A DNA stretch of 64,000 nt from an uncultured Chloroflexia bacterium (GTDB taxonomy: Bacteria > Chloroflexota > Limnocylindria > Limnocylindrales > CSP1-4). The notes below the pieces were generated by a model that was not told the DNA's origin, did not search any database, and worked only from the letters and a program-made list of their open reading frames with translations. The position numbers were made by a program, and so were the translations under genes. The stretch spans positions 288,001-352,000 of the forward strand of contig CAVPPB010000003.1 in assembly GCA_963707215.1 (NCBI GenBank). The letters are read 5' to 3'. Below are positions 1 through 10,540 of this stretch, piece after piece; within the stretch, counting starts at the first letter, position 1; every line of letters starts with the position of its first letter.

Positions 1-1173
1 ACCAACCTCCGCGTCCCCGGGCCGACGAGTCTGCCCACCGAGGTCCAGGTGGCCGGTGGACGCCAGATGATCAACCACCGGGGCCCCGAGTTCGCGGGCA
101 TGCTGGAGCGGATCGTCGCCGGATTGCAGGTCTTCTTCGGTACCCGGAACGACGTCGAGTTGCTCACCTGCGCCGGAACCGGCGGCCTGGAGGCAGCGGT
201 CGTCAACACGCTCTCGCCCGGCGATGCGGTCCTGTCGATCTCGGTCGGCGTCTTCGGGGATCGCTTCGCCAAGATCGCCTCGGCCTACGGCGCCGAGGTC
301 ACCAAGCCGGACGTCGAGTGGGGACGGGCGGCAGCGCCCGAGCTCGTCGCGGACGCTCTTCGAGCCGCGCCGCCCGGCGGCTACCGGGCGATCCTGCTGA
401 CCCACAACGAGACGTCCACCGGCGTCACCAACCCGATCGCCGAGCTGACGGCAGTGGCTCGCGAGCTCGCCCCGGAGACGCTCATCCTCGTCGACGGTGT
501 CTCGGGGCTCGGCGCCCTCCCGTTCGAGCAGGATGCCTGGGGCATCGACCTGGTCGTCTCCGGCTCGCAGAAGGCGTGGATGGCAGCCCCGGGGATGGCT
601 TTCGCCAGCGTCTCGGAGCGTGGCTGGGAAGCGGCCGAGACCGCCCGGATGCCGCGGGTCTATCTGGACCTCCGCGACCATCGCAAGAGCGCGGCCTCCG
701 GCCAGACGCCGTGGACGCCGGCCGTCGCCGTCATGTACCAGCTCGACGTCGCCCTGGCGATGATGCAGGCGGAGGGTCGCGAGGCCCTTTTCGCCCGCCA
801 CGCGGCCTGCGCGGCGGCGACCCGGGCGGGCCTGACCGCCCTCGGGTTCGACCTGCTTGCCGATCCGGCCCACGCCTCGGACACGGTCACCGCGGCCTGG
901 GTGCCCGAGGGGATCGACTGGAAGGCCTTCAACGCCGACCTGCAGCGCCGCCGCCTCGTCGTGGCCGGTGGCCAGGGCAAGCTGAAGGGCCGCATCTTCC
1001 GGATCGGCCACCTTGGCCACGTGACCCTCGATGACATCCTGGCCGCCATCGGGGTGATCGAGGAGGTCGCGCTCATCCACGGCCTCGATGTGACGCCGGG
1101 ATCGGGCCTCGCTGCGGCCCAGCAGGCCGGCCTCCGGGTCGCGGCCGCCACGACCGCCGGCGTGCCGGCATGA
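1..1173 (+). CDS. PLP-dependent class V aminotransferase (alanine-glyoxylate/serine-pyruvate family), 5' end outside window
   Basis: Frame is open from base 1 (TNLRVPGPT..., the family's N-terminal PGP motif). Motifs HNETSTGV, LVDGVS, SGSQKA (PLP lysine) and FRIGHLG are present. Stop overlaps the serA start (ATGA). Confidence 0.9.
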   Translation, partial: TNLRVPGPTSLPTEVQVAGGRQMINHRGPEFAGMLERIVAGLQVFFGTRNDVELLTCAGTGGLEAAVVNTLSPGDAVLSISVGVFGDRFAKIASAYGAEVTKPDVEWGRAAAPELVADALRAAPPGGYRAILLTHNETSTGVTNPIAELTAVARELAPETLILVDGVSGLGALPFEQDAWGIDLVVSGSQKAWMAAPGMAFASVSERGWEAAETARMPRVYLDLRDHRKSAASGQTPWTPAVAVMYQLDVALAMMQAEGREALFARHAACAAATRAGLTALGFDLLADPAHASDTVTAAWVPEGIDWKAFNADLQRRRLVVAGGQGKLKGRIFRIGHLGHVTLDDILAAIGVIEEVALIHGLDVTPGSGLAAAQQAGLRVAAATTAGVPA

Positions 1174-2753
1174 GGATCCTGGTCGCCGAGCCGGTCGCGG
1201 CCGAGGGCGTCGAGGCGCTTCGCGCCGAGCACGAGGTCGATGTCCGGACCGGCCTCGCGCCCGGGGAGCTCCGAGCCATCATCGGCGAGTACGACGCCCT
1301 CGTCGTCCGCAGCCAGGTCAAGGTCGACGCCGACCTCATCGCGGCCGGCAGCCGGCTGGGCGTCATCGGGCGGGCCGGCGTCGGGGTCGACAACGTCGAC
1401 ATCGAGGCCGCCACCCGGGCCGGCATCACCGTCGTCAACGCTCCCACCGGCAACACGATCGCCGCCGCCGAGCACACGATCGCCCTGCTCTTCGCCGTCG
1501 CCCGCCGGATCGCGCCCGCCGATGCGTCGGTGCGGGCCGGCGAGTGGCAGCGCAGCCGCTTCACCGGCGTGGAGCTACGAGGCAAGACGATCGGGATCGT
1601 GGGGCTGGGCAAGATCGGGCAGGCCATCGCGTCCAGGGCGCGGGCCATGGAGATGGTCGTCGTGGGCCACGACCCGTACGTCACGGCCGAGCAGGCGGCC
1701 AACCACGGCATCGAGGCCGTGCCCCTCGACACCCTGCTGGAGCGCTCCGACGTGGTGACCGTCCACGTCCCGATGAGCCGGGCCACCCGGGGCCTCATCG
1801 GGGAGGCGGCCATCGCCCGGATGAAGCCCGAGGCGATCGTCCTCAACGTGGCCCGCGGCGGTATCGTCGACGAGGCGGCAGTGGCGCGGGCGCTCACCGA
1901 GGGCCGCCTGGGAGGGGCCGGCATCGACGTCTACGAGCAGGAGCCGCCCACCGGCTCGCCGCTGCTCGAGGCCCCGAACACGGTCCTGACCCCGCACCTC
2001 GGCGCCTCCACCGCGGAGGCCCAGGTCCTGGTCGCGACCGAGGTCGCCGACCAGATCCTCGATGTCCTCGACGGTCGACCGGCACGCTACGCCGTCAACG
2101 CCCCGCTGCTGACCCCGGAGACGGCCCAGGCCATCGCGCCGTACCTGCCGCTCGCCGAGGTCCTCGGCCGCTTCCACGCCCAGTTCGCCAGGACGGCGCC
2201 CGCGACCCTGACCCTCGAGGTCGCCGGTGACCCGGCCGCCTTCGACACGACGCCGCTGGCCGCGGCCGCGCTTCGGGGTCTCCTGGAGACGGTCACCACC
2301 GAGCGGGTGAACCAGGTCAATGCGGCGACGATCGCGAAGGCTCGCGGGATCACCCTGGTCGAGCGCAAGACGCCCGATGCCGGGGCCTACAGCGCGCTCC
2401 TCACGCTCAGCGGCGAGGTCGAGGGACGGACGGTGACGGTCGGAGGGACCGTCGTGGCCGGCGAGCCCCGGCTCGTCCTCCTCGACGGCTACCGCCTCGA
2501 CATGGCGCCCGCGGATTCGATGCTGATCAGCCGCCACCACGATCGGCCCGGGACGATCGGCCGCGTCGGCCGAGTCCTCGGTGAGGCCGACGTGAACATC
2601 AGCGCCATGCACCTGGCCCGCCAGGCGCCGCGCGAGGAGGCGCTGATGGTCCTTGCTCTCGACGACGAGGTCCCGGAGCACGTCGCCAGGGCGATCCAGG
2701 CCGACGAGGCCGTCCTCGACCTGTGGGTCATCCGGCTGGGCGGCGAGCGGTGA
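1170..2753 (+). CDS. serA: D-3-phosphoglycerate dehydrogenase (type I, with ASB and ACT domains)
   Basis: GRAGVGVDNVD, NTIAAAEH, GxGxxG (GLGKIG), TPHLGAST and a C-terminal ACT domain (HHDRPGTIG...NISAM); 527 aa. Confidence 0.95.
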   Translation: MRILVAEPVAAEGVEALRAEHEVDVRTGLAPGELRAIIGEYDALVVRSQVKVDADLIAAGSRLGVIGRAGVGVDNVDIEAATRAGITVVNAPTGNTIAAAEHTIALLFAVARRIAPADASVRAGEWQRSRFTGVELRGKTIGIVGLGKIGQAIASRARAMEMVVVGHDPYVTAEQAANHGIEAVPLDTLLERSDVVTVHVPMSRATRGLIGEAAIARMKPEAIVLNVARGGIVDEAAVARALTEGRLGGAGIDVYEQEPPTGSPLLEAPNTVLTPHLGASTAEAQVLVATEVADQILDVLDGRPARYAVNAPLLTPETAQAIAPYLPLAEVLGRFHAQFARTAPATLTLEVAGDPAAFDTTPLAAAALRGLLETVTTERVNQVNAATIAKARGITLVERKTPDAGAYSALLTLSGEVEGRTVTVGGTVVAGEPRLVLLDGYRLDMAPADSMLISRHHDRPGTIGRVGRVLGEADVNISAMHLARQAPREEALMVLALDDEVPEHVARAIQADEAVLDLWVIRLGGER

Positions 2754-3598
2754 GCGAGGCCGCGGCTCCGTCCGGGGAGCTCATCCCCGAGGGTCTCGAC
2801 GCCACCGTCGTCCTGGTCCGCCACGGCGAGTCGGAGTACATCGTCGAGGGCCGCTTCCAGGGCCGGGCCGAGACGCCGCTGTCATCGCTCGGGCTCCGCC
2901 AGGCCGAGCTGACCGGCGTCCGCCTCGCCCATCCGCGCCGCTCGCCGGCCCTGCCGGTGCCCGGCGGCCCACCGATGGAGGTCGCCCACTCGCCGCTCCG
3001 CCGGACGGCCCAGACCGCCGCGGCGGCGACCCTGGCGATGGCCGGGGAAGGGTCGTTCGGGGCGATGGTGCCCCTCCGGCCCGAAGCTGGCGTCATCGAG
3101 ATCGGCCAGGGCGCCTGGGAGGGCCTGCGCCACGACGAGATCAGCCGGCGCTACCCCGACGAGCTGGCCGGCTGGCGCAGGCGGCCGCTCGAGAGCTGGG
3201 CGCCCGGCGGCGAGCCACTGCGGGACGTGCAGGCCCGGGTCAGGCCGGCGCTGGCCGCGATCCTCGCCCGCCTCGCGGACGGACGGCCGGCCGGCACCCT
3301 CGACCGGTCACAGGTCGCCGGCTACCAGGGCACCGACGGACCCGGGGATCGCCCCTGGTCGGTCGTCGTCGGCCACGACGGCGTCTTCAAGGTGCTCCTG
3401 CTCACGCTGCTCGACCTGCCCCTGGAGCGGTTCTGGTCGTTCTCGTTCGGCCTCTGCGGCATCAGCGTCGTCGAGCTCCGTGGCGGGCGGCCGGTGCTGG
3501 TCGCCCTCAACCTCGTCGAGCACCTGGCCCCGCTCCGCGACGAGGAGGACCGGGCCGCCGAGGCGGCGGCCGAGCGGCAGCGCAGCGGCGCCCTCTAG
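2750..3598 (+). CDS. Histidine phosphatase family protein (possible metal-independent phosphoserine phosphatase)
   Basis: LVRHGESE catalytic motif, SPLRRTAQTA, PGGE, VVGHDGV. GTG start at 2750 overlaps the serA TGA. Confidence 0.85.
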   Translation: MSEAAAPSGELIPEGLDATVVLVRHGESEYIVEGRFQGRAETPLSSLGLRQAELTGVRLAHPRRSPALPVPGGPPMEVAHSPLRRTAQTAAAATLAMAGEGSFGAMVPLRPEAGVIEIGQGAWEGLRHDEISRRYPDELAGWRRRPLESWAPGGEPLRDVQARVRPALAAILARLADGRPAGTLDRSQVAGYQGTDGPGDRPWSVVVGHDGVFKVLLLTLLDLPLERFWSFSFGLCGISVVELRGGRPVLVALNLVEHLAPLRDEEDRAAEAAAERQRSGAL

Positions 3599-3679
3599 TC
3601 GCCCCGGCGGCGTCGTCCGGCGGCGGCCGGCGGCGGCCGGCGGCGGCCCCTTCCCGACGCGAGCGCCAAGCCGGGCCGG

Positions 3680-5959
3680 CTAGCGGCGGCGTCCGGGACG
3701 TCGACCGCGGCGGAACAGCAGGCGGAGCAGGCCCACCCGGAGTCGCCCGGTGGCGGAACGGAGGGCCGTCAGGCGGTCGGCTCCCAGGACATGGCGGCCG
3801 TAGGCGACCTCTACCTTGGCCCGGGCCACCGTCTGGAGCTCGGGCTCCATCGCCGGCAGGGCCTCGCCCAGCGCGGTCGCGTACTCGTAGACGGTCTGGG
3901 TCGGTCGCGGGCCGAAGCCGAGGCGCCGGGCCAGCCGGGTCACCGAGCCCCAGGCGTCCTCGGCCGTCACGTCCTTCGGTCCACGCCGATACGAGACGAA
4001 CGCGGCCCAGGCCATGACGGCGCCCAGGACCACGGCGACCAGGATGAACGGACCGGGTCCCAGCGGGCCGCCGGCCGTGCCCCCTGGCGTCACGCCGCCG
4101 CCGGAGGGAGGCGCGAGCGACCGCTGGATCTCCCCGTCGTCGTCGTCGCCGCGCGGCGGCACCGGCGTCGGGGACGGGATGACGACCGGGGCCCCGCGGG
4201 GCAGGGACGGCAGCTCGGCGACCGGGCCGGTCGGGTCGAAGGGCACCCAGCCGTAGCCGGGGAAGTAGACCTCGACCCAGGCGTGGGCGTCGCTGAACCG
4301 GACGACCCGCGTCCCGTCCGCCGTCAGCTCGCCGGGCAGGAACCCCTGGGCCAGGCGGGCCGGGATCCCCTCGTGGCGGAGCAGGCCAGCCATCGTGGAG
4401 GCGTACCAGGTGCAGAAGCCCTGGCGGAAGTCGATGAAGCACTCGACGACGGAGGTGCCCTTGCAGTCGACCTCCGAGACGTCGGTCCGATAGAGGAATT
4501 CGCTCGACTTGAGGCGCCGCTCGAGGGCAAGCGCCAGGTCGTAGGGGGTTGCCCGGGCCAGCGTCGACTTGACCTCCTCGAGGAAGACCAGGCTGTTGGG
4601 GCCGAGGACATCCGGGGGCTGCTCCGTATAGCGGAGGACCTCCGGCGGGTACGACGTCCCGGCAGCCCGGAGCTTGTTCTCGGTGAGGGCCGCCTCCTCC
4701 TCGTCGCCGGTCGTCCGGACGAGCGCCGTGGCCGTATACCCGACCGGTCCCGCGTCGAGGGCGATCGAGCCGAGCCAGCCGCCCTCGCCGACCAGCCGGA
4801 TGGTGGTCGCCTCGTCTACCGACACCGGGTCGCTGGGGCTTAGCATCACCCGGTTCCGGTACTCGGCCAGGGGGACGACGGTGAACTCCACGCTCCGCCG
4901 GCCCTCGGCGGCCGGCTGGTCGAGGGTGCCCTCGAGCAGCGGGGCACCTGCGTCGCGGCGGCTCAGCGCCTCGTCGGACTGGAGCCAGCCCGTGCCGGTG
5001 AAGACGTCGTAGGTCGAGGCCCGCCAGTAGTACGGGGTCTCGTCGCCGGGCGGCACCCGGATGACCACCGCCTCCGTCCGATCCGAGAACCACGATGTGC
5101 CGATCTCGGCGCTCGGCCCGAAGTCGACCGAGGCCGGGCCGCGGACGTTCTGGACGAAGCTGAAGTAGCGCTGGAGGGTGCTCCCGACGTCGATCAGCCA
5201 TGGCTCGGCCCCGGCCCACAACCCCTGGAGCGGGGCGGAGCTGGCGACCTGCGTCAGGAGCAGGGCGCCGGCCACGGCGATCGCCGCGAAGACGGTCCCG
5301 CCCCGGTCGGTCAGGGCCTGGATCGGCCCGGGATCGCCGATCCGGCGGCGCATCCAGTCGAGCCGCTCATCGAAGGCGTGGAGGCGGACGAGGAGCAGGA
5401 GGGCGAGGAGGCTGGCCAGGACGAGGTAGACGAGCTGGTCGTGCCGGGTGAGGGAGACGCTGACCAGGAGCGGGATCCCGAGCGCCAGCAGGGCGGCGAC
5501 CGGGCGCCGATGGCCGAACGCCGCATAGCCCGCGAACATGCTGGTCGCCCAGAGGAAGAGGCCGAGGGTCAGCTGGAAGTGGCCGTACTGCTGGGTGGAC
5601 CCCCGCCCCAGGACGAGCAGGTCGCCGATGGCCGCTGCCGTCGAGTCGGCTGTCGCCCGGTACATCTCCATCAGCGACGCCGGCCCGTCGATGATGATCG
5701 AGCCGATGAGCGTCGGGACGACGAGGGCCGCCAGGACCGCCCCCACGAGGTAGGTCCGGAAGCGGCCGATGCCGAGCACGGCGCCGGTGACACCGACGAT
5801 GGCCCCGCCGAGGGCCGCCCACGGCAGGAAGTCCGTAAGCCCGTCCCTGCCCAGGATCCAGCGCGAGTCGTCGATCGTCCAGCCGACGAGGAGGGCCAGG
5901 AGGAGGAGCAGCGTGACGCTGATCCAGCCCTGCTCCGGGGAGAAGCGGGCGGTCCTCAC
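3680..5959 (-). CDS. Membrane transglutaminase-like protein (TgpA/DUF3488 + TG domain + DUF4129)
   Basis: Multiple N-terminal TM helices, YWRASTYD, catalytic triad GFCTWYA / AHAWVEVY / PFDPT, C-terminal PTQTVYEYA. Confidence 0.9.
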   Translation of the reverse strand: MRTARFSPEQGWISVTLLLLLALLVGWTIDDSRWILGRDGLTDFLPWAALGGAIVGVTGAVLGIGRFRTYLVGAVLAALVVPTLIGSIIIDGPASLMEMYRATADSTAAAIGDLLVLGRGSTQQYGHFQLTLGLFLWATSMFAGYAAFGHRRPVAALLALGIPLLVSVSLTRHDQLVYLVLASLLALLLLVRLHAFDERLDWMRRRIGDPGPIQALTDRGGTVFAAIAVAGALLLTQVASSAPLQGLWAGAEPWLIDVGSTLQRYFSFVQNVRGPASVDFGPSAEIGTSWFSDRTEAVVIRVPPGDETPYYWRASTYDVFTGTGWLQSDEALSRRDAGAPLLEGTLDQPAAEGRRSVEFTVVPLAEYRNRVMLSPSDPVSVDEATTIRLVGEGGWLGSIALDAGPVGYTATALVRTTGDEEEAALTENKLRAAGTSYPPEVLRYTEQPPDVLGPNSLVFLEEVKSTLARATPYDLALALERRLKSSEFLYRTDVSEVDCKGTSVVECFIDFRQGFCTWYASTMAGLLRHEGIPARLAQGFLPGELTADGTRVVRFSDAHAWVEVYFPGYGWVPFDPTGPVAELPSLPRGAPVVIPSPTPVPPRGDDDDGEIQRSLAPPSGGGVTPGGTAGGPLGPGPFILVAVVLGAVMAWAAFVSYRRGPKDVTAEDAWGSVTRLARRLGFGPRPTQTVYEYATALGEALPAMEPELQTVARAKVEVAYGRHVLGADRLTALRSATGRLRVGLLRLLFRRGRRPGRRR

Positions 5960-7203
5960 AGGACGAGGGTCTCGGCGAGCGGACGGGTCGGGAGGACGGT
6001 CACCGACCGCAGCTCGTACTCGGCCAGGGCGTGGCGCAGGGCGCGGCCCCGCTGGGCCATGGACTCGGCATCCTCGGGCGCCAGCGGCAGGGCGCCCTCC
6101 AGCCCTGCCACGACGGCATGCCGAGCGTAGGCCAGGGGATCGACGTGGACGACGACGCAGCCGACGCCCCGGCCCCGCAGGGTCGCCAGCGGCCGGATCC
6201 AGTCGGTCTCGAGCGATGGGGTCACGACGACCGCGGTCATCCCCCGGCGGACCCGCCCGAGGCCGGTGAGCAAAGCCTCGACGAACGGCGTCTGGCCGTC
6301 GGGCTGGACCGCCGCCAGCAGCTGCATGACCTTCAGGTGCTGCCGGGCGCCCCGGTCGGACGGCAGGACGGCGGCCCGGTGGGCGTTGATCGTCAGGCCC
6401 ACGGCCCGGTTCTCGACGATCGCCCGGTCGGCCACCGAGGCTGCGACCCGGATGGCCGCCTCGGCGGTGGACTCGTCACCCACTCCGTCCTGGACCGCGC
6501 CCTCGAGGTCGAGGAAGAGCCAGGCGTCGGCCGTCTGCTCCAGGTCGAACTCCTTGACCTGGATCTCGCCGAAGCGGGCGGTCGTCTTCCAGTGGATCCG
6601 GTTCATCCCGTCGCCCGGCGCCCAGGGCCGGACCGTCGTCGCGAGAGGCGTGGTCTGGAGCGTCCGGACCGGCATGGCATGGCTGCCCTCGAGGTCGGCG
6701 GCCGGGAGGCGCCAGTGGGGCAGTCGCTCGATCCGCGGGTAGACGACCACCGAGACGCCCTGGCCGACCGAGGCGACCGACTCGAACAGGCCGAACGGGT
6801 CGCCGGTCCGGATCGTCAGCGGCTCGATCCGGTAGTGGCCTCGGCGGGTCAGGGGAGCCCGAACGAGCCAGGACCGCTCGGCCTTCGGCCCGAGGGCGAT
6901 GGCGCGTCCGGGCAGGCCCCCCGGCAGCGAGGTCGGGTTGTGGATCTCCAGCCACGGCTTCGGGATGGGGCCGGCGTTCCGCAGGGTGTAGGTCAGACGG
7001 AGCTGCTCGCCGACGTGGGCGTGCAGCTGGCTGACCGCATAACCGGCCTCCAGGTCGGAGAGGCCCAGGCGGGTGACGACATAGCTGCCCCCGACGACGA
7101 GGATGGCCAGGTAGAGGAGGTAGAAGAGGAACTCCAGGCCGGTCGAGAAGGCGGCCACGACCAGGATCGCGCCGAGCAGCAGGAATGGGATCCGACGCAG
7201 CAT
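5956..7203 (-). CDS. DUF58 domain protein (MoxR-associated, vWA-like)
   Basis: RRGHYRIEPL, DPFGLF, VYPR, VRPWAPGDGMNRIHWKTTAR, VKEFD; lies between moxR and the TG gene. Confidence 0.9.
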   Translation of the reverse strand: MLRRIPFLLLGAILVVAAFSTGLEFLFYLLYLAILVVGGSYVVTRLGLSDLEAGYAVSQLHAHVGEQLRLTYTLRNAGPIPKPWLEIHNPTSLPGGLPGRAIALGPKAERSWLVRAPLTRRGHYRIEPLTIRTGDPFGLFESVASVGQGVSVVVYPRIERLPHWRLPAADLEGSHAMPVRTLQTTPLATTVRPWAPGDGMNRIHWKTTARFGEIQVKEFDLEQTADAWLFLDLEGAVQDGVGDESTAEAAIRVAASVADRAIVENRAVGLTINAHRAAVLPSDRGARQHLKVMQLLAAVQPDGQTPFVEALLTGLGRVRRGMTAVVVTPSLETDWIRPLATLRGRGVGCVVVHVDPLAYARHAVVAGLEGALPLAPEDAESMAQRGRALRHALAEYELRSVTVLPTRPLAETLVL

Positions 7204-7236
7204 CCTAGCGCTCCGACGTCCGACCGGCCCCCCTCG

Positions 7237-8220
7237 TCACGACGCCGGATGGAGGTCGCGCGGGCCGGTCCCGGCCGGGGCCTTGACCGCCTCGACCGAT
7301 GTCGTCGCCACGAGCTCCCGGACGACCGCGCCGGGGGTCACGTCGTGGATCGTGGACGCGGTCTTGATGATCAGGCGGTGGGCCAGCGCCGGCTCGGCCA
7401 GCGTCTTGACGTCGTCCGGGATGACGTAGTCGCGGCCCAGCAGCCCGGCCAGGGCCTGGCCGGCCCGGTAGAGCGCGATCGAACCCCGCGGCGATGCGCC
7501 GAGGTAGACGTCGGGGTGGCTCCGGGTGGCGTTGACGAGCCGGACGATGTACTCGCTGACCGACGAGTCGACGTAGATCTCGCGGACCGCCGCCTGCATC
7601 TCCCGCAGCTCTTCGACCCCGAGGACCTCCGCGAGGGTCTCCAGTGGGTGCGCCCGCTTCTGCTCGTCGAGAATGACGATCTCCTCGATCGGCTGGGGAT
7701 AGCCCAGGCGCAGCCGGAGGAAGAACCGGTCCAGCTGGGCCTCGGGCAGGGCGAAGGTGCCCTCGTACTCGATGGGGTTCTGGGTGGCGATGACCAGGAA
7801 CGGGTCCGGCATCTGGTAGGTCACCCCGTCGATCGTCGCCTGGCGTTCCTCCATGCACTCGAGGAGCGCCGACTGCGTCTTGGGCGTCGCCCGGTTGATC
7901 TCGTCGGCAAGGACGACCTGGGCCATGATCGGCCCGGGCCGGAACTCGAACTCCTGGGTCTTCTGATTGAAGATCGAGAGCCCGGTGACGTCGGACGGCA
8001 GGAGGTCGGGGGTGAACTGGATCCGCCGGAAGGAGCAGCCCAGGCTCCGGGCGATGGCCTTGGCCAGCATCGTCTTGCCGGTCCCGGGCACGTCCTCGAT
8101 GAGGAGATGCCCGCGGCAGAGCAGGGCCACGAGGGCCAGCCGGACCTCCTCGTGCTTGCCGACGATGACTCGTTCGACGTTCGCGACGACCCGGTCGCCG
8201 GCTTGCTGGATCTTGGTCAT
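7237..8220 (-). CDS. moxR: MoxR family AAA+ ATPase
   Basis: [53 protein letters not shown]. Confidence 0.95.
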   Translation of the reverse strand: MTKIQQAGDRVVANVERVIVGKHEEVRLALVALLCRGHLLIEDVPGTGKTMLAKAIARSLGCSFRRIQFTPDLLPSDVTGLSIFNQKTQEFEFRPGPIMAQVVLADEINRATPKTQSALLECMEERQATIDGVTYQMPDPFLVIATQNPIEYEGTFALPEAQLDRFFLRLRLGYPQPIEEIVILDEQKRAHPLETLAEVLGVEELREMQAAVREIYVDSSVSEYIVRLVNATRSHPDVYLGASPRGSIALYRAGQALAGLLGRDYVIPDDVKTLAEPALAHRLIIKTASTIHDVTPGAVVRELVATTSVEAVKAPAGTGPRDLHPAS

Positions 8221-8450
8221 CGAGCCCCCTCACGGGACGACCTACCGATCGGCAGGTCGTCGGGAAGGGACGCCGACGGGCCCGGGACGGCCGCAGGCGT
8301 CCGGTGGTCTTTGGGGATAGTACGCCCGCGCTGCAATTCTGGTTCGCGAAGACATCGGCGCCGGCCCGGCTCGTTCCCGCGGCCCGGCCCGCCGCGTACC
8401 ATCCCACTCGGGGACCGATCGGGTCGCCCCGAGACCGTGACGGGAGCGCC

Positions 8451-10526
8451 ATGCCACAGCAGGTCAGGACCGGCAGGACGCCGTCGGCCGATCCCGCCTG
8501 GCTGCCCACCGTCGTCCGCCTGGGTCGCGGCGTGACCGACGACCTCGCGGCGGCGACGCGCCGCGAGTGGCTGCTGACGAACGGTCTCGGCGGATACGCC
8601 ATGGGGACCCTGGCCGGACACCCGAGCCGGCGCTATCACGGCTGGCTCGTGGCGGCCCTCGATCCCCCGGTGGGCCGGACGGTCCTCGTCGGCGGGCTGG
8701 AGACCTGGGTGTCGGTCGCCGGGCGACGCGTCGCGCTCCACGCCCTTGCGACGAGGTCGTCGCGTCCGCGACCCGCCGCGTGGACCCACCTCGGGCGCTT
8801 CGAGCTGGCAGGGACGGTCGCGACCTGGCGCTACGAGGTCGGTGACGTCGTCGTCATCCGGGAGGCCTGGATGGCCCACGGGGCGAACACGACCTACGTC
8901 CGCCTGAGGATCGCCGGGGCGCCGCGGACCGTCGGCCTGGAGCTCCGTCCGCTGGTCACCTGGCGCGACCACCACGCCGCGCCCGATGCAGCCGCCCTGG
9001 GCGATCCCCAGGTGACGACCACCAGGGTCGGAAGGGGGTGGCCCGCCGGGCTGCGGATCGAGCCTCCCGACGGCTCGCCCCTCATCCGGGTGCTGGCCGA
9101 CGAGGGCGACGCCACGGCGGACCCGACCTGGATCCACGATATCCGGCTGCCGGAGGAGACCGCCCGCGGCGAGGCGGACCGGACCGCCCTCTGTCGGGCG
9201 GGCAGCCTCCGCCTCGAGCTCCGGACCGGTCGGTCGGTGACCCTCGCCCTCACGGCCGAGCCCGAGGACGTCCAACCGGGGGCGGGCGACGCCGCCCTGG
9301 CGGCCGAGCGGCGACGGGCCGCCGGGCTGCTGGCCCGGGCCGGGGTGGGTCCCGACGACGACCCGCTGATCCCCGCGCTCGTCCTCGGTGCCGACGCGTT
9401 CCTGGTCGGCCGGACGATCCCGGCCCGGCGCACCGATGAGTCCCCCATCGCCGGGCGGACGGTCATCGCCGGCTATCCGTGGTTCAACGACTGGGGCCGC
9501 GACACGATGATCGCCCTGCCCGGGCTGTGCCTGTCCACCGGCCGGGCCGACGAGGCGGCCACGATCCTCCGCTCGTTCGCCCGGTTCGTCGCCGACGGCC
9601 TCATCCCCAACGACTTCCCCGACGCCACCGGGGTCGAGCCGATGTACAACACGGCGGATGCCTCGCTGTGGTTCGTGGCGACCCTCGGGGCAGTAGCCCG
9701 GGCGACGGACGACGCGAGACTGCTCGAGGAGCTGCTGCCAGCGGCGACCGCGATCCTGGATGCGCACCTGCGGGGGACCCGCTTCGGGATCGGGATCGAC
9801 CCGGACGACGGGCTCCTCCGGGCAGCCGCACCCGGGTGCCAGCTGACGTGGATGGACGCCAAGGTCGACGGTTGGGTCGTCACCCCGCGCCAGGGCAAGC
9901 CGGTCGAGCTCCAGGCCCTCTGGTACGAGGCCCTGCGGGTCGTGTCCGAGGCCCTCGCCAGCCGTGATCCGGCGGTGGCCGCCCGGTTCGACGCGGCAGC
10001 CGAGCGGGCTCGGGCCGCCTTACTCCGGCGCTTCTGGGACCCTGGACGCGGCTATCTCCTCGACGTCGTCGACGGCCCGGAGGGCGACGACCCCGCCCTC
10101 CGCCCGAACCAGCTGCTGGCCCTTTCGCTGCCGCACCCCCTCGTCACCGGGGCGCCGGCCGAGGCCGTCCTCGAGCGCTGCGGGGCGACCCTCGTCACGA
10201 GCCTCGGCCTTCGTTCGCTGGCGCCCGATGACCCCGCCTACATCGGACGCCACCGCGGCGACCGACGGAGTCGCGACGCTGCCTACCACCAGGGCACCGC
10301 CTGGTCGTGGTTCGTCGGCCCCTACCTCGACGCCGTGCTCGCCGTCCGGGGCGATGCCGCAGCCGTGCGAGCCGCCCTGGAGCCGTTCCGGGACCACCTG
10401 ACAGATGCGGGGCTCGGGTCGATCTCCGAGACCTTCGACGGCGATGCGCCCCACCGGCCGACCGGCTGCATCGCCCAGGCCTGGGGCGTGGCCGAGGTCC
10501 TGCGCGTGGCTCGCCGCGTCCTCTGA
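8451..10526 (+). CDS. Amylo-alpha-1,6-glucosidase / glycogen debranching enzyme (GDE_N + GDE_C)
   Basis: REWLLTNGLGGYA, RRYHG, IAGYPWFNDWGRDTMI, LTWMDAKV, RPNQ, AYHQGT, QAW; ATG at 8451 chosen as start. Confidence 0.92.
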   Translation: MPQQVRTGRTPSADPAWLPTVVRLGRGVTDDLAAATRREWLLTNGLGGYAMGTLAGHPSRRYHGWLVAALDPPVGRTVLVGGLETWVSVAGRRVALHALATRSSRPRPAAWTHLGRFELAGTVATWRYEVGDVVVIREAWMAHGANTTYVRLRIAGAPRTVGLELRPLVTWRDHHAAPDAAALGDPQVTTTRVGRGWPAGLRIEPPDGSPLIRVLADEGDATADPTWIHDIRLPEETARGEADRTALCRAGSLRLELRTGRSVTLALTAEPEDVQPGAGDAALAAERRRAAGLLARAGVGPDDDPLIPALVLGADAFLVGRTIPARRTDESPIAGRTVIAGYPWFNDWGRDTMIALPGLCLSTGRADEAATILRSFARFVADGLIPNDFPDATGVEPMYNTADASLWFVATLGAVARATDDARLLEELLPAATAILDAHLRGTRFGIGIDPDDGLLRAAAPGCQLTWMDAKVDGWVVTPRQGKPVELQALWYEALRVVSEALASRDPAVAARFDAAAERARAALLRRFWDPGRGYLLDVVDGPEGDDPALRPNQLLALSLPHPLVTGAPAEAVLERCGATLVTSLGLRSLAPDDPAYIGRHRGDRRSRDAAYHQGTAWSWFVGPYLDAVLAVRGDAAAVRAALEPFRDHLTDAGLGSISETFDGDAPHRPTGCIAQAWGVAEVLRVARRVL

Positions 10527-10540
10527 GGTCCCGGCCCGGC

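Noticed and set aside
3600-3650. CCGGCGGCGG short tandem repeats between convergent genes
   Set aside because: Three low-complexity copies without spacers, so not CRISPR or iterons. Expected at this GC content.
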